A DNA stretch of 59,746 nucleotides from Microgenomates group bacterium Gr01-1014_16 (GTDB taxonomy: Bacteria; Patescibacteriota; Microgenomatia; CAZETR01; Amesbacteraceae). Location of the stretch: positions 1 through 59,746 of the forward strand of contig VMGA01000001.1 in assembly GCA_007376345.1 (NCBI GenBank), read 5' to 3'. Positions 47,805 through 57,253 of this stretch are shown piece after piece (the stretch's first letter is position 1; each line of letters opens with the position of its first letter). The notes under the pieces were generated by a model. It did no database searches. It was not told the DNA's origin and saw nothing but the letters and a program-made list of their open reading frames with translations. Both the position numbers and the translations under genes were made by a program.

Positions 47805-47891
47805 TAACTCCCATACTCTGTAGTATGGGAGTTAGTTATATTTACAATACTTGGTAGTATTGTAATTGTTTGCAAGAGGTCCTCTTGCAAA
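47805..47891. repeat. Three perfect palindromes
   Basis: TAACTCCCATACT-CTGT-AGTATGGGAGTTA; TTACAATACT-TGGT-AGTATTGTAA; TTTGCAAGAGG-T-CCTCTTGCAAA. Confidence 0.85.
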
Positions 47892-47895
47892 GGGC

Positions 47896-50388
47896 CTAGT
47901 GAACGCGTTTCCATGAAAGAAATGAAATTACGCTGAAAGTGATCAACGTAAGTGATGATATTATCAGACCCGGGAGAACGTAGCGCTGGGGGGAGAAAGA
48001 GATGATATATTCTCCCGATCCGGGAATGGAAAACCCATTAATGAAACTGTAAAGAGGAACCGGCGCCTTGTTGTCCAGTCTCCAGAATGAATCGTAGTTT
48101 TGGGAGAATGCCAGCGTGGCTGGTGCTGATAGTTTTTTAACGTTTACCGTATAACTGGTGGGGTTGTGTTTGACATAACTTATTTCGGGCTGGGTTGAAG
48201 AAGGGGGAGGGGGAAGGTAATTTATGAGCCGGTCGGCCTGGGATTGGAACTGTTGCCATAAAGAAATGGGAATAACGGCTAAGGCGTTGACCACGTTGAT
48301 GTGACCCTCGGTGGCAATAGTAATAGAGGTTGGGGAGGAAACTTGGCCGATTTCAAACCATAAAAATTCCGCCCGGTCAGAAGTTGTGGCTATGGTTTTT
48401 TGAGCGGAACCGGAAAATTCGATTTTTCCTCCTTGGGGACTAACCATAAACCTTGCTAGAACGACGCAATCCCCACCACAACTGTTCAAATTAACCGTAA
48501 GTGAATTATTTCCCTCGGATACTGCCCACCCGCCGCCAAAATCAAAATCTAGGTTATCCAGGCTATATTTTTGCTGCAGAAAATCCCGCCAACTTATTAA
48601 GTCCGAAGTTTCTCTTTTCCACCATCCGGTGTGATCGGGGTCGAAATTTAATTGTTGGGCGGGAAAAATAAAATCTTTCGGAGATATGAGAGCGGCCGCG
48701 ACGTCTATTTGCCGTTTGCGATTAAGAAGTAATTTGGATTGGGGAAATTGGGATATTTGAGATAGTATCCCCGGTTTTTCTTCCGCGAAGACCAGGGCAG
48801 TTTTGGTGAGATCGATATCAGACTGATAGATATCATCGGAGCCGATGATAAAAGAGGTGGAGGCTGGGACGAAAAAGAGGTTTTGATGTGTTTTTGTCTC
48901 AAGCAGGGTCACCGGACCGAAATCTAACCGGCTTTTAACCCACGGAAGCCGACTAAGCTGGTTGGTAAAAACCTGACGATATTTAACGTCCTGGGGTTTT
49001 AAGCTATCTCGGAGGGGGTCTATGGCAGCAAATCCCAGATACTTTACTGACGCAATGTCAAGCAGTTGGCCGGAGTAGCTGGCTTCGCGCAAAAAATTAA
49101 GAAGATCATAACTACCGACTACTCCGGTGGAAAACGGCCGCTTGTTAAGCAAGGTGAGGGCGTCCGTGGAAGGATGGGTGGGGCTGGAATAACCCAAGGG
49201 AGGCTTTGAGGGTATCCAGACTATGCCGCCTGGGTTGGGATCCGATTCTAGAAACCTGGCAAGCTGCAGGTAAGAATCGGGGTTTCGGACCTTGGAAAAC
49301 AAACCCGTGGCTTGGCCCCTTAAAATGGGGGTAATTAAAAAGAGTAAATAAATGACGATTAAGCCGGGCAGCAGACGATTTTTTTGAAAAAGATACTGGC
49401 TAGAAAAGGCGATGAGAACAGAGTAAGACAAAGCCAGGAGGGTAAAAAACTTGACAGGATCACGAAAGAGGGAAAACCCCGGTATATGGGAAAACAACCA
49501 GGGATAAACTTGGGGAAACGGGGGCTGGCTGCCCTTGACTAGAAACAACGATAACAGTGCTATACCCGTCCAATAAAATATCCGATTGTTTCTGGGGAAT
49601 ACAACCAGAGGTAAAAAAGCCAAAATCGGCAGCAAAAAAAAGTAAGGTGAGGGTGAGGAGATATGGCCAAAAATGTTTTTGGGCCAATGGGGTTGGATTA
49701 AGAATATGGCGTGGGTGAGACTGGCAAAGCTCAAAGAAGAGACCTGTGACTGCCGGGTGTAACCTGTGGGAAGTGAAGGGGCTTTGGTAAATAGTGAGGG
49801 CAACATCCAATAGCTATGTGCGCCCACAAGAACTAAGCCCGTGATCAGACCAGTGATCAAATAATATTTGAACTGACGGAGGTTTAAAATTGTGTGAAAA
49901 GACGCAAGAATCACCAGAAGATATAAGAATCGGATATCTAAAAAGGATATTGTCAGAGTTACCAGAATGAATCTGGATCTGGCGGAAATGTAATAAATTG
50001 CCAAGGGTATGAGCGAATATGCAATCGCCAAACTCAACTGGCCACCATCTATGAGCATCAGAATGAATGTGTTGGTCGCAAATAATGATTGCCCTATGAG
50101 TCTGGCCGAAGTTGAAAGTGAATAACTTTTGAGTAATTTACCCATCGCAAACCAACTGATTATGAAAGCCGGGAGAATACCTAACAAAAAAATTGAAAGA
50201 GTAAAATCCAAACCGATTTTGGCGCCCAGACCGTATAAAAGTCCGTACGGCCAGTCCCACAGGGTGGATGTGGTAAACACCCCCAGGGCGTCATGACTGG
50301 CGGGAGACCAGGTGTAGGGTAAACTAAAATTACTCGCGGCAAGGGCTGGAAAAAGGTAGGGAAAGTCGTGGGCAGCTATCGGAAACAT
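47896..50388 (-). CDS. Large multi-TM GT-C-like protein (YfhO/AftD-like architecture)
   Basis: N-terminal TM bundle, IPGFSLFRDPVKF, extracellular domain, C-terminal FSQNYDSFW...INGF and a TM helix. Confidence 0.65.
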   Translation of the reverse strand: MFPIAAHDFPYLFPALAASNFSLPYTWSPASHDALGVFTTSTLWDWPYGLLYGLGAKIGLDFTLSIFLLGILPAFIISWFAMGKLLKSYSLSTSARLIGQSLFATNTFILMLIDGGQLSLAIAYSLIPLAIYYISARSRFILVTLTISFLDIRFLYLLVILASFHTILNLRQFKYYLITGLITGLVLVGAHSYWMLPSLFTKAPSLPTGYTRQSQVSSLSFASLTHAIFLIQPHWPKNIFGHISSPSPYFFLLPILAFLPLVVFPRNNRIFYWTGIALLSLFLVKGSQPPFPQVYPWLFSHIPGFSLFRDPVKFFTLLALSYSVLIAFSSQYLFQKNRLLPGLIVIYLLFLITPILRGQATGLFSKVRNPDSYLQLARFLESDPNPGGIVWIPSKPPLGYSSPTHPSTDALTLLNKRPFSTGVVGSYDLLNFLREASYSGQLLDIASVKYLGFAAIDPLRDSLKPQDVKYRQVFTNQLSRLPWVKSRLDFGPVTLLETKTHQNLFFVPASTSFIIGSDDIYQSDIDLTKTALVFAEEKPGILSQISQFPQSKLLLNRKRQIDVAAALISPKDFIFPAQQLNFDPDHTGWWKRETSDLISWRDFLQQKYSLDNLDFDFGGGWAVSEGNNSLTVNLNSCGGDCVVLARFMVSPQGGKIEFSGSAQKTIATTSDRAEFLWFEIGQVSSPTSITIATEGHINVVNALAVIPISLWQQFQSQADRLINYLPPPPSSTQPEISYVKHNPTSYTVNVKKLSAPATLAFSQNYDSFWRLDNKAPVPLYSFINGFSIPGSGEYIISFSPQRYVLPGLIISSLTLITFSVISFLSWKRVH

Positions 50389-50534
50389 CGGATAATGAAT
50401 ATAAGAAATAAAAGAAAGTAGGCAATTTGTGATAATGATTGGACCTGTGAAGTCCGATGGATAAACAGCAGTAAAGATGATGCTGTAAGCGTCAGGACAG
50501 AAAGCATGTAAAGTGTTTTAACCGTGTTTGGCAT
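50376..50534 (-). CDS. Possible 52-aa two-TM protein, or a frameshifted N-terminus of the next gene
   Basis: ATG at 50534 overlaps the upstream gene; hydrophobic; fills the operon gap. Confidence 0.4.
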   Translation of the reverse strand: MPNTVKTLYMLSVLTLTASSLLLFIHRTSQVQSLSQIAYFLLFLIFIIRCFR

Positions 50535-50805
50535 GGGCGAGCCGCAAGGCACCAATGATGAGATAAATATATGACCAGTCGGACAATTTACGGACAACGG
50601 TTTCATCGACAACTCCGCTGCCAATAAAATAAAACAAGACTGCCAAGGTGATAAATACCAAAGACAAAATAAACCAGCTTTTGTAATCGCGAATTTTCCA
50701 GACTCCCAATCCGGTGAATACGACAAAGATGACGCTTGATAAAAGTCCTTTGACCGGGAGAACTACAGCATCAAACAAAGCCAATAAAGCAATTAGGATA
50801 GTCAT
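50518..50805 (-). CDS. Small hypothetical membrane protein
   Basis: Hydrophobic, 95 aa; ATGA overlap with the upstream gene. Confidence 0.65.
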   Translation of the reverse strand: MTILIALLALFDAVVLPVKGLLSSVIFVVFTGLGVWKIRDYKSWFILSLVFITLAVLFYFIGSGVVDETVVRKLSDWSYIYLIIGALRLAHAKHG

Positions 50806-53800
50806 TGGTGTCTGGGGCGCAATAAAGATTTTAAAACAAAAATTATGCCTAATAAATACGCTCCGGCTGAAATAGTATTAACGGTTGCAAAATAGTCATA
50901 CGGCTGAAAATATAATTTTAACTTTAAGCGCAGACTACCGTCAGGCATTATTTGATAATCAGACACCGGAAAATCAGACTTGATTACTCGCGGGTCAATT
51001 TCCCACATGTTGGCATAATCGAATACTACGTGATGGATATTGAAGGCTAACTGCTTGCCACTTTGGGTAATTAACTGCCACTTTTTAAGATGGGGATCCA
51101 GAAAAATCAACGAATGCTGACCAGTAAGATCGGAAATTTCAATGTCATAACTATGGGCGGCGTTTTTTTTGAAAGATAATTTAGCTCCGTGATTTGCAAA
51201 CGTGGCTGGACTGTCTGAAATGTAGATTTTTTCACTGCGATATTTTGGATTTATCTCATATAAACTATACCTCGATCCAAAATCTTTTATTTTATTCCCG
51301 ATTAGACTGGCGATAAATTTTGGGGGCTGAAGGGCAAATAAACCATCGGAAAACATAAAAGTGTTTTGTAAGTCTTCCGGTGTGGAGTTGCTGACTATCA
51401 CATATCTGACGTTGTATTGCCGCAGGAGACGGCCGATAGCGCCGTAGTCCATGTTCTCTAACCAATGAAACACATCTTTCGCTTTATCAGCAAAACTAAT
51501 TAGTCCGGACATATCGTTTTTGCCGGCTAATAACAATAATGGCGATACTCCGGCGTAATAATGATCTTTACGAAATTCATCCGGCACAATCACGCTGTTG
51601 CCGGACAATAGAGGTAGAGACAAGTAGCGACCGGCACTGTTCTGATTCTTAACGAATTTCAACATGTCTTGATAATCTCTATTAAAAGCCCGAATTCCGT
51701 CATAACTGTGAAGGCTGGTCCAGTAAGGCAGGTTTTCGAACTCTCCCAGGATGAAGGGCTTGGCGTTAAGTACGCTGATTAAAAAGACGGCAAACAATAA
51801 ATAAGCTTTGTGTTTTTCCGATTTAATAGATTTGACGACTATGGCTAAACTAACAGAAATAACCAACGCCCATTGAAATGCCAGGCCGTAAGCAAATTTG
51901 TCATACATGTTGCGAAAAATTACAAATCCCGGAATGTGATTGGAAAGCCACAAAAAGATTGATATTCCCCACGGTCCAATATTGACAGTAAAAAAATAAA
52001 TCGCCAAAGTAAAGCTAAACATCGCGGCTACATACAAACTCGTTCTGGTTTTGTCTTTTTCGATCACCAATCCTGCTATAATAATGACGGCTATAAGTAA
52101 ATAGCCGGAAATTAAGATCTTTGAGTACCAGGAAAAATAAATCGGCAGTTGGGGCCAGTGGTTTGCAAGCTGAATTTTTTGATGATATGAGTTTAGCAGC
52201 GGGAAAAAACTGTTATTAATCTCGGTAACCGCCCTGATTCCAGCTTCGTTCTGTTTGCGAAATTCGACGGATGTGATACTGGGCGTATATGAACCTGGCA
52301 AAGCTTGGGCGAAATTGGTGTAAGGGACGTATGCAAACCAGTGTAAATTGAGAATTACAAACAACAAACCTGCCAATGCTAAGTAAGCTGCTAGCCTGAC
52401 TTTATGCTTCCAAGTCGCGAAAACAAGCAATGGTAAACTGGTGATTAAGGCCGCGGCCGACAGAGGGAAGGTAACCGAGATAAAGTTGAAGGCTGACCAG
52501 ATAAGTACCGCTGCAACCAGAAAATAAAACTTCCCTTCACGGACTGCTTTGATGCCCAAATGCAGGGACAGCGGAAATAAACTAATCAGATATTCCGCCA
52601 TGAGTCGGGAATTGAACAGGGTATAGAAGTTGAAGATGGAAAAAACATACATGAACGAGGCTATGATGCAAATTACACGTTCATGTTTACCTTGCGGCCG
52701 CAACAAATAACCGATTAAGTAGTAAAAGGCAAAAAATCCTCCCATGATATTGGCCGAGTAGAGTAGCGCTTGAAGGTTAAAAATCGGCAAAATCTTTTTT
52801 AGACCAACAAGAATTATCAAGAAGGCGGACAGAGAGGAGGGAGGAATTGAATTGGTTAACTGGCTTAATCCTGTATCAGATACTATCTTTGACGCGTAAT
52901 TATTTAGAAATTCTTGAGGATATAAATAAAATATTCGCGTGTCGTCGCCGCCTAAATAATAGGTGGTGGATAATCCGGAGACAAAAACGAACAATATTCC
53001 CAGCAATAACAGAGCCCTTTTAGTCATCAAGTCGTCTAAGGTTGACAACATGTTGACACTGATCTTGTTAAAAAGTTTACCCATCCTGGCCAGCCTGTTT
53101 AAGACGGTGACCTGGAGAATATAAAAAATTACACTGCCAAAAAGCGTTATCCATAAATACACCGCCATCCGTTGGGCCAGCAAAAAATTACCGGAAATAA
53201 ATGCCAGTGACAGAATTATCAGCACTCCCGCGGGGACAAAGAACGGATTGATTTTATGAACATAATTTTGCAGGTCTTTTTGTCGAGTTACTATTTCGGA
53301 CTTAATCCCTGAATCCTTTCGGTAAATAGCTAAGGTGGAAAGAAGAGCAATTACAAACGAGATAGTACCAACTTTGACGTAATCCATACCGGCAATTACA
53401 GACGCAGACCTGTTTACGAGAATAGTCATTAATTTTCCGGGGGATTTGTAGGGCGTGTCACGGGGAAACACATATTTAGCCGTCAAAATTGGTACTGCCC
53501 TTAAGTCCAGAATGTTTTGTTTTTGTGTCAAGTTTGGGGTAACTATCTCAAACTCAATGACGAATTCTTTGTTTTTCGAGTCGGCTATTGTAGGAAAACC
53601 AAATTGATAGTCATCGTCATTATTAAAATAAGAAAAATCATACCGATTTTCCGCGTACCACTTGTTTTGACGCGCTTCTTTTATTCTGAATATCACCTGC
53701 CCCGGATTGCCTTTCAGCCGGAAGTAGTTAAACGAAATCGAGCCCAGATAACTATCGTGAGAGACGGCGTTGAAAGTGTACTTGAGAGTGGTATTGGGTT

Positions 53801-53960
53801 CATATTCCGGCTTAACTTTAACTTCAGAGGAAGCATAGGTGTCGGTGTAGTTAAACAGTTTATTTTCTTTGATCTCCTGATAAACGGAAAACAGCGCAAA
53901 TGCTGCCAGAAGTGCCGCCCAAACCACACCCAGCCTCACCAAAAACTTAAGCTTTCGCAT
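50802..53960 (-). CDS. Large multi-TM GT-C-like protein with an extra N-terminal domain
   Basis: GGDDTR.FYLYP, IPGFVIFRNMYDKF, C-terminal YANMWEIDP; paralog of 53947-56172. Confidence 0.65.
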   Translation of the reverse strand: MRKLKFLVRLGVVWAALLAAFALFSVYQEIKENKLFNYTDTYASSEVKVKPEYEPNTTLKYTFNAVSHDSYLGSISFNYFRLKGNPGQVIFRIKEARQNKWYAENRYDFSYFNNDDDYQFGFPTIADSKNKEFVIEFEIVTPNLTQKQNILDLRAVPILTAKYVFPRDTPYKSPGKLMTILVNRSASVIAGMDYVKVGTISFVIALLSTLAIYRKDSGIKSEIVTRQKDLQNYVHKINPFFVPAGVLIILSLAFISGNFLLAQRMAVYLWITLFGSVIFYILQVTVLNRLARMGKLFNKISVNMLSTLDDLMTKRALLLLGILFVFVSGLSTTYYLGGDDTRIFYLYPQEFLNNYASKIVSDTGLSQLTNSIPPSSLSAFLIILVGLKKILPIFNLQALLYSANIMGGFFAFYYLIGYLLRPQGKHERVICIIASFMYVFSIFNFYTLFNSRLMAEYLISLFPLSLHLGIKAVREGKFYFLVAAVLIWSAFNFISVTFPLSAAALITSLPLLVFATWKHKVRLAAYLALAGLLFVILNLHWFAYVPYTNFAQALPGSYTPSITSVEFRKQNEAGIRAVTEINNSFFPLLNSYHQKIQLANHWPQLPIYFSWYSKILISGYLLIAVIIIAGLVIEKDKTRTSLYVAAMFSFTLAIYFFTVNIGPWGISIFLWLSNHIPGFVIFRNMYDKFAYGLAFQWALVISVSLAIVVKSIKSEKHKAYLLFAVFLISVLNAKPFILGEFENLPYWTSLHSYDGIRAFNRDYQDMLKFVKNQNSAGRYLSLPLLSGNSVIVPDEFRKDHYYAGVSPLLLLAGKNDMSGLISFADKAKDVFHWLENMDYGAIGRLLRQYNVRYVIVSNSTPEDLQNTFMFSDGLFALQPPKFIASLIGNKIKDFGSRYSLYEINPKYRSEKIYISDSPATFANHGAKLSFKKNAAHSYDIEISDLTGQHSLIFLDPHLKKWQLITQSGKQLAFNIHHVVFDYANMWEIDPRVIKSDFPVSDYQIMPDGSLRLKLKLYFQPYDYFATVNTISAGAYLLGIIFVLKSLLRPRHQ

Positions 53961-56172
53961 GATTCTTTTTCACCAGAAAGAATAATTGAGAGCACGCCAA
54001 CACCAAAAATGACCCGAGGCTGATGTTACGAATAGGCCGGTTGTATTTCGCGGGTTCAAAATACAGCGACATCTTCAAATTAAGTGACCCATCGGGATTG
54101 GTGGTATAGTACGCCTCGGGAAAATTATTTTTTATCTCACCGGGGTCAATTTCCCAACCATTGGCAAAATTTTGAACCGGAACATTTTGGCCCTTGTGAT
54201 ACGCCCGGGGTTCAGGCCCCTCTATGTACAGCGTCCAATCCCGATAATAGGAATCCAAAAATACGATTTTTTGCGGTTTTTTGATATTTGATAAGCTCAC
54301 TTTATATAAAGAATCAGAGATTTTTTCGTAGTCCGCATTGGGTAATGCCCGGGGAAAGACATCGTAGTCATCAGTCAGATAAATACGATCGTTATTGTAT
54401 TTGGGGTTAATCTCGTAAAGCGTATAGCGAGTGCCAAAATCTTGAAGTTTTTTACCAAGTAACCCGTTTATAAACTCGGCGGTTTGCCATTTTAGGACAA
54501 CTCTGTTATCACCCCCGTATAAATAAGACGTCATACTCTCCGGTAGACTCTGTTTATCCAGGATCACATACCGGGCATTTAAAAGCTGAACCATGCGCCC
54601 GAATTCGATATATTTTCTGTCCCGCAGACCCGGAAAAATACTATCTCCGATGGCAATATTGGTTGAGGTGATAAAGCTATATTGACCGGCGTAGTCCTGA
54701 CGGTTGCTTAAGAAACGCAAAGGAGACGGACCAGAGTAGAAATGCCCGGGATGATATTTATCTTCGATATTAGTAAACGAGGGATAGTTAAGAGGCAGCC
54801 ATAAAATCCGGGAGGGGTTCTTTAAGTCCGAAAGATATGCCGCAAGATTATTAAAGTCATCATTGAAAGTGCCTGACATTTTGGCTTGCACTCCTACATG
54901 TTCAACTCTGGCTTGAAACAACGGATAGGCATTTACCAAAATAGTTATTATTAAACCTGCTCCGATTACCAAACGCACAATTTTATTCGTAAACCGATTT
55001 GCCAAAATAGATAGTCCAATTCCGAGTGTCAACGCGTAATAAAGGGCCGTCGTCAAGGCAAACTTGTCAAACATGTTTCTAAACATTGTGAAAAATGGCA
55101 CCCGTAGAGACAACCAAATAAACAAGTCAGGACCCCAATGCTGAAAATTCGGCGTCATCAAGAACCAGGAAATCAACAACCCTAATAACCCTAAAATAAA
55201 CCCCATAGTCAATACGTTGTTCTTTTCGCGATGGATAAACACCCCTGCCAAGACAATCAGGGAGATAAAAAGTAGATTGGTATAAGAAACAACGGTTAAC
55301 TTATCGACCAGGCCGATTTCCAATTGATTAATTACTCCGTTTAACGGGCTAAACATTGTGGTCGTACCCCTGATACCGGCAATATTAGCCTCAATAAAAC
55401 CTTCGGACGTGTAAGTATCCACAGTATTGGCAAGTCCTGTCTTGTGAAAATTCAAGTAAAACAAATGGAAAATCCAAGAAAAGTTAATTAACACATAACT
55501 AGTCCCGAACAGCAGACCATTTAGTAAAAATACTTTTTTTGACCTTAAAAATTCCCATAACAAAAGAGGGGCGCTGGTAATAAGTATGGGAATAGTCCAT
55601 GGTAGAGAACTTAAATTAGTACTTAAAAAGGTCAGGATTAAGCAAGCCGTGAATACATACAGGAAATTACGCTGGCGGACGCTTTTAATGAAGAAATACA
55701 ACGTCGCCGGGGCAGCGGCAATTAGATAAATGACAATCATTTGGTGCTTGTAAAAAGTCCGAAACAAAAATGGAGAAAATATGTAGAACAAACTTGCCGC
55801 TATCCTGATAAAAAAAATGGTTTTTGATTGATTAGATATCCAAAGACCCAAAAGCAAATATAAAAAAATAAAGGCCAATGCCCAGTTTAGGCCGTACATC
55901 ACAAATTGAGTATTTAAGAAAGGCAGTAAAGTTTTAACAACCAGCATCAAAGCTACGAGCGGAATCGGATGAGTAGCCGGATAATATCCCGTGTTGCCAC
56001 CTCCGATAGTATTGTCCGTAACGATATTTAGAAGAAGATTCTGAATATACTCCTTAGGGTATACATAATATAAGCGCATGTCATCACCTCCCACGAAATA
56101 TAAATTACCTTGTGTTAACAAAGGAGTAATACCCAGCACCAAGGCGATAAGAATAATTACAACTTTTCTCAT
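53947..56172 (-). CDS. Large multi-TM GT-C-like protein
   Basis: GGDDMRLYYVYP, VPFFTMFRNMFDKF, FANGWEIDP. Confidence 0.65.
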   Translation of the reverse strand: MRKVVIILIALVLGITPLLTQGNLYFVGGDDMRLYYVYPKEYIQNLLLNIVTDNTIGGGNTGYYPATHPIPLVALMLVVKTLLPFLNTQFVMYGLNWALAFIFLYLLLGLWISNQSKTIFFIRIAASLFYIFSPFLFRTFYKHQMIVIYLIAAAPATLYFFIKSVRQRNFLYVFTACLILTFLSTNLSSLPWTIPILITSAPLLLWEFLRSKKVFLLNGLLFGTSYVLINFSWIFHLFYLNFHKTGLANTVDTYTSEGFIEANIAGIRGTTTMFSPLNGVINQLEIGLVDKLTVVSYTNLLFISLIVLAGVFIHREKNNVLTMGFILGLLGLLISWFLMTPNFQHWGPDLFIWLSLRVPFFTMFRNMFDKFALTTALYYALTLGIGLSILANRFTNKIVRLVIGAGLIITILVNAYPLFQARVEHVGVQAKMSGTFNDDFNNLAAYLSDLKNPSRILWLPLNYPSFTNIEDKYHPGHFYSGPSPLRFLSNRQDYAGQYSFITSTNIAIGDSIFPGLRDRKYIEFGRMVQLLNARYVILDKQSLPESMTSYLYGGDNRVVLKWQTAEFINGLLGKKLQDFGTRYTLYEINPKYNNDRIYLTDDYDVFPRALPNADYEKISDSLYKVSLSNIKKPQKIVFLDSYYRDWTLYIEGPEPRAYHKGQNVPVQNFANGWEIDPGEIKNNFPEAYYTTNPDGSLNLKMSLYFEPAKYNRPIRNISLGSFLVLACSQLFFLVKKNHAKA

Positions 56173-56188
56173 GCTAAAATCCTATTAT

Positions 56189-57253
56189 ATGCGAATCGGC
56201 GTGGATTATCGCCTGGCTAACCGGCATTTGGGCGGAATGGCTGTGTATCTAAGGAATCTCATACCACTACTCAAGAAGATTGATAGCCAAAATGAATATT
56301 TACTGTTTAGTGACAATCCGTCTGGACGTCCGGGATTTAAGAGACACGCATGGACTATTATTTGGGAGCACATTTGGCTGCAACTGTGTTTGCCTTTTTT
56401 ATTCTGGAAAGAAAAAATAAATGTTGCCTATTTTCCTAATCCGCCTGTATCGTTTTTTTTAACTATTCCTATGGTTCTGACCATTCCGGATGTGTCGTTT
56501 ATGTATGACCTGTCAATGCCAGGATGGACCAAGGGGTATTTATGGATCATGTATTTTTTGTCCGCTCATAAAGCCCGGACAATTACTACTTTCTCTCAAA
56601 ATTCGAGTAATGACATTGTGAAATTTTTTAAAGTTGAGTTAGATAAGATTTATGTCACACCGCTCGCTCCATCCAATGCTTTGTCTCTACAAAAAACAAA
56701 GCGAGAACCGCAGAAAGAATATATTCTTACGGTACCAGGCACATTTATCTCTCGAAAAAATATTGAGGAGACTATTCTGGCATTTAAACATCTGCCGGCT
56801 ATTTTGAAGAATACTTATCGGCTTATTGTGGTAGGTGACCCCCACGGCGAGGGATACGAAAAAATAAAAGACTTTGTGGAGGTGGAAAATATGACCGAGA
56901 AAGTTATTTTAGCGGGACGAGTCAGTGATCATGAGTTATCTGCTTTGTATTCCAGATCTAAATTATTTGTATGTTCATCGCTTTATGAGGGGTTTGGTCT
57001 GCCTATACTGGAAGCGATGAAATGCGGCGTCCCGGTGATCTCCTATGATAACTCTTCGCTACCTGAAGTAGTCGGTGACGTGGGAATTTTAGTAAAGAAC
57101 GTTGATGAACTTAGCCGCGCGATGGAAGAAGTCTTGATCAATGAGAAATTACAAGTAAAACTGAAAAGTCGGGGGTTAAAGCGCGCTTCGCTTTACGGTT
57201 GGGACAAAACAGCAATTTCCTTTTTAACAAGCTTGCCAAAAAATGCTTACTAA
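56189..57253 (+). CDS. GT4 glycosyltransferase
   Basis: MRIGVD, GGMAVY, SRKNI, SLYEGFGLPILEAMKCG. Start reassigned to 56189. Confidence 0.92.
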   Translation: MRIGVDYRLANRHLGGMAVYLRNLIPLLKKIDSQNEYLLFSDNPSGRPGFKRHAWTIIWEHIWLQLCLPFLFWKEKINVAYFPNPPVSFFLTIPMVLTIPDVSFMYDLSMPGWTKGYLWIMYFLSAHKARTITTFSQNSSNDIVKFFKVELDKIYVTPLAPSNALSLQKTKREPQKEYILTVPGTFISRKNIEETILAFKHLPAILKNTYRLIVVGDPHGEGYEKIKDFVEVENMTEKVILAGRVSDHELSALYSRSKLFVCSSLYEGFGLPILEAMKCGVPVISYDNSSLPEVVGDVGILVKNVDELSRAMEEVLINEKLQVKLKSRGLKRASLYGWDKTAISFLTSLPKNAY

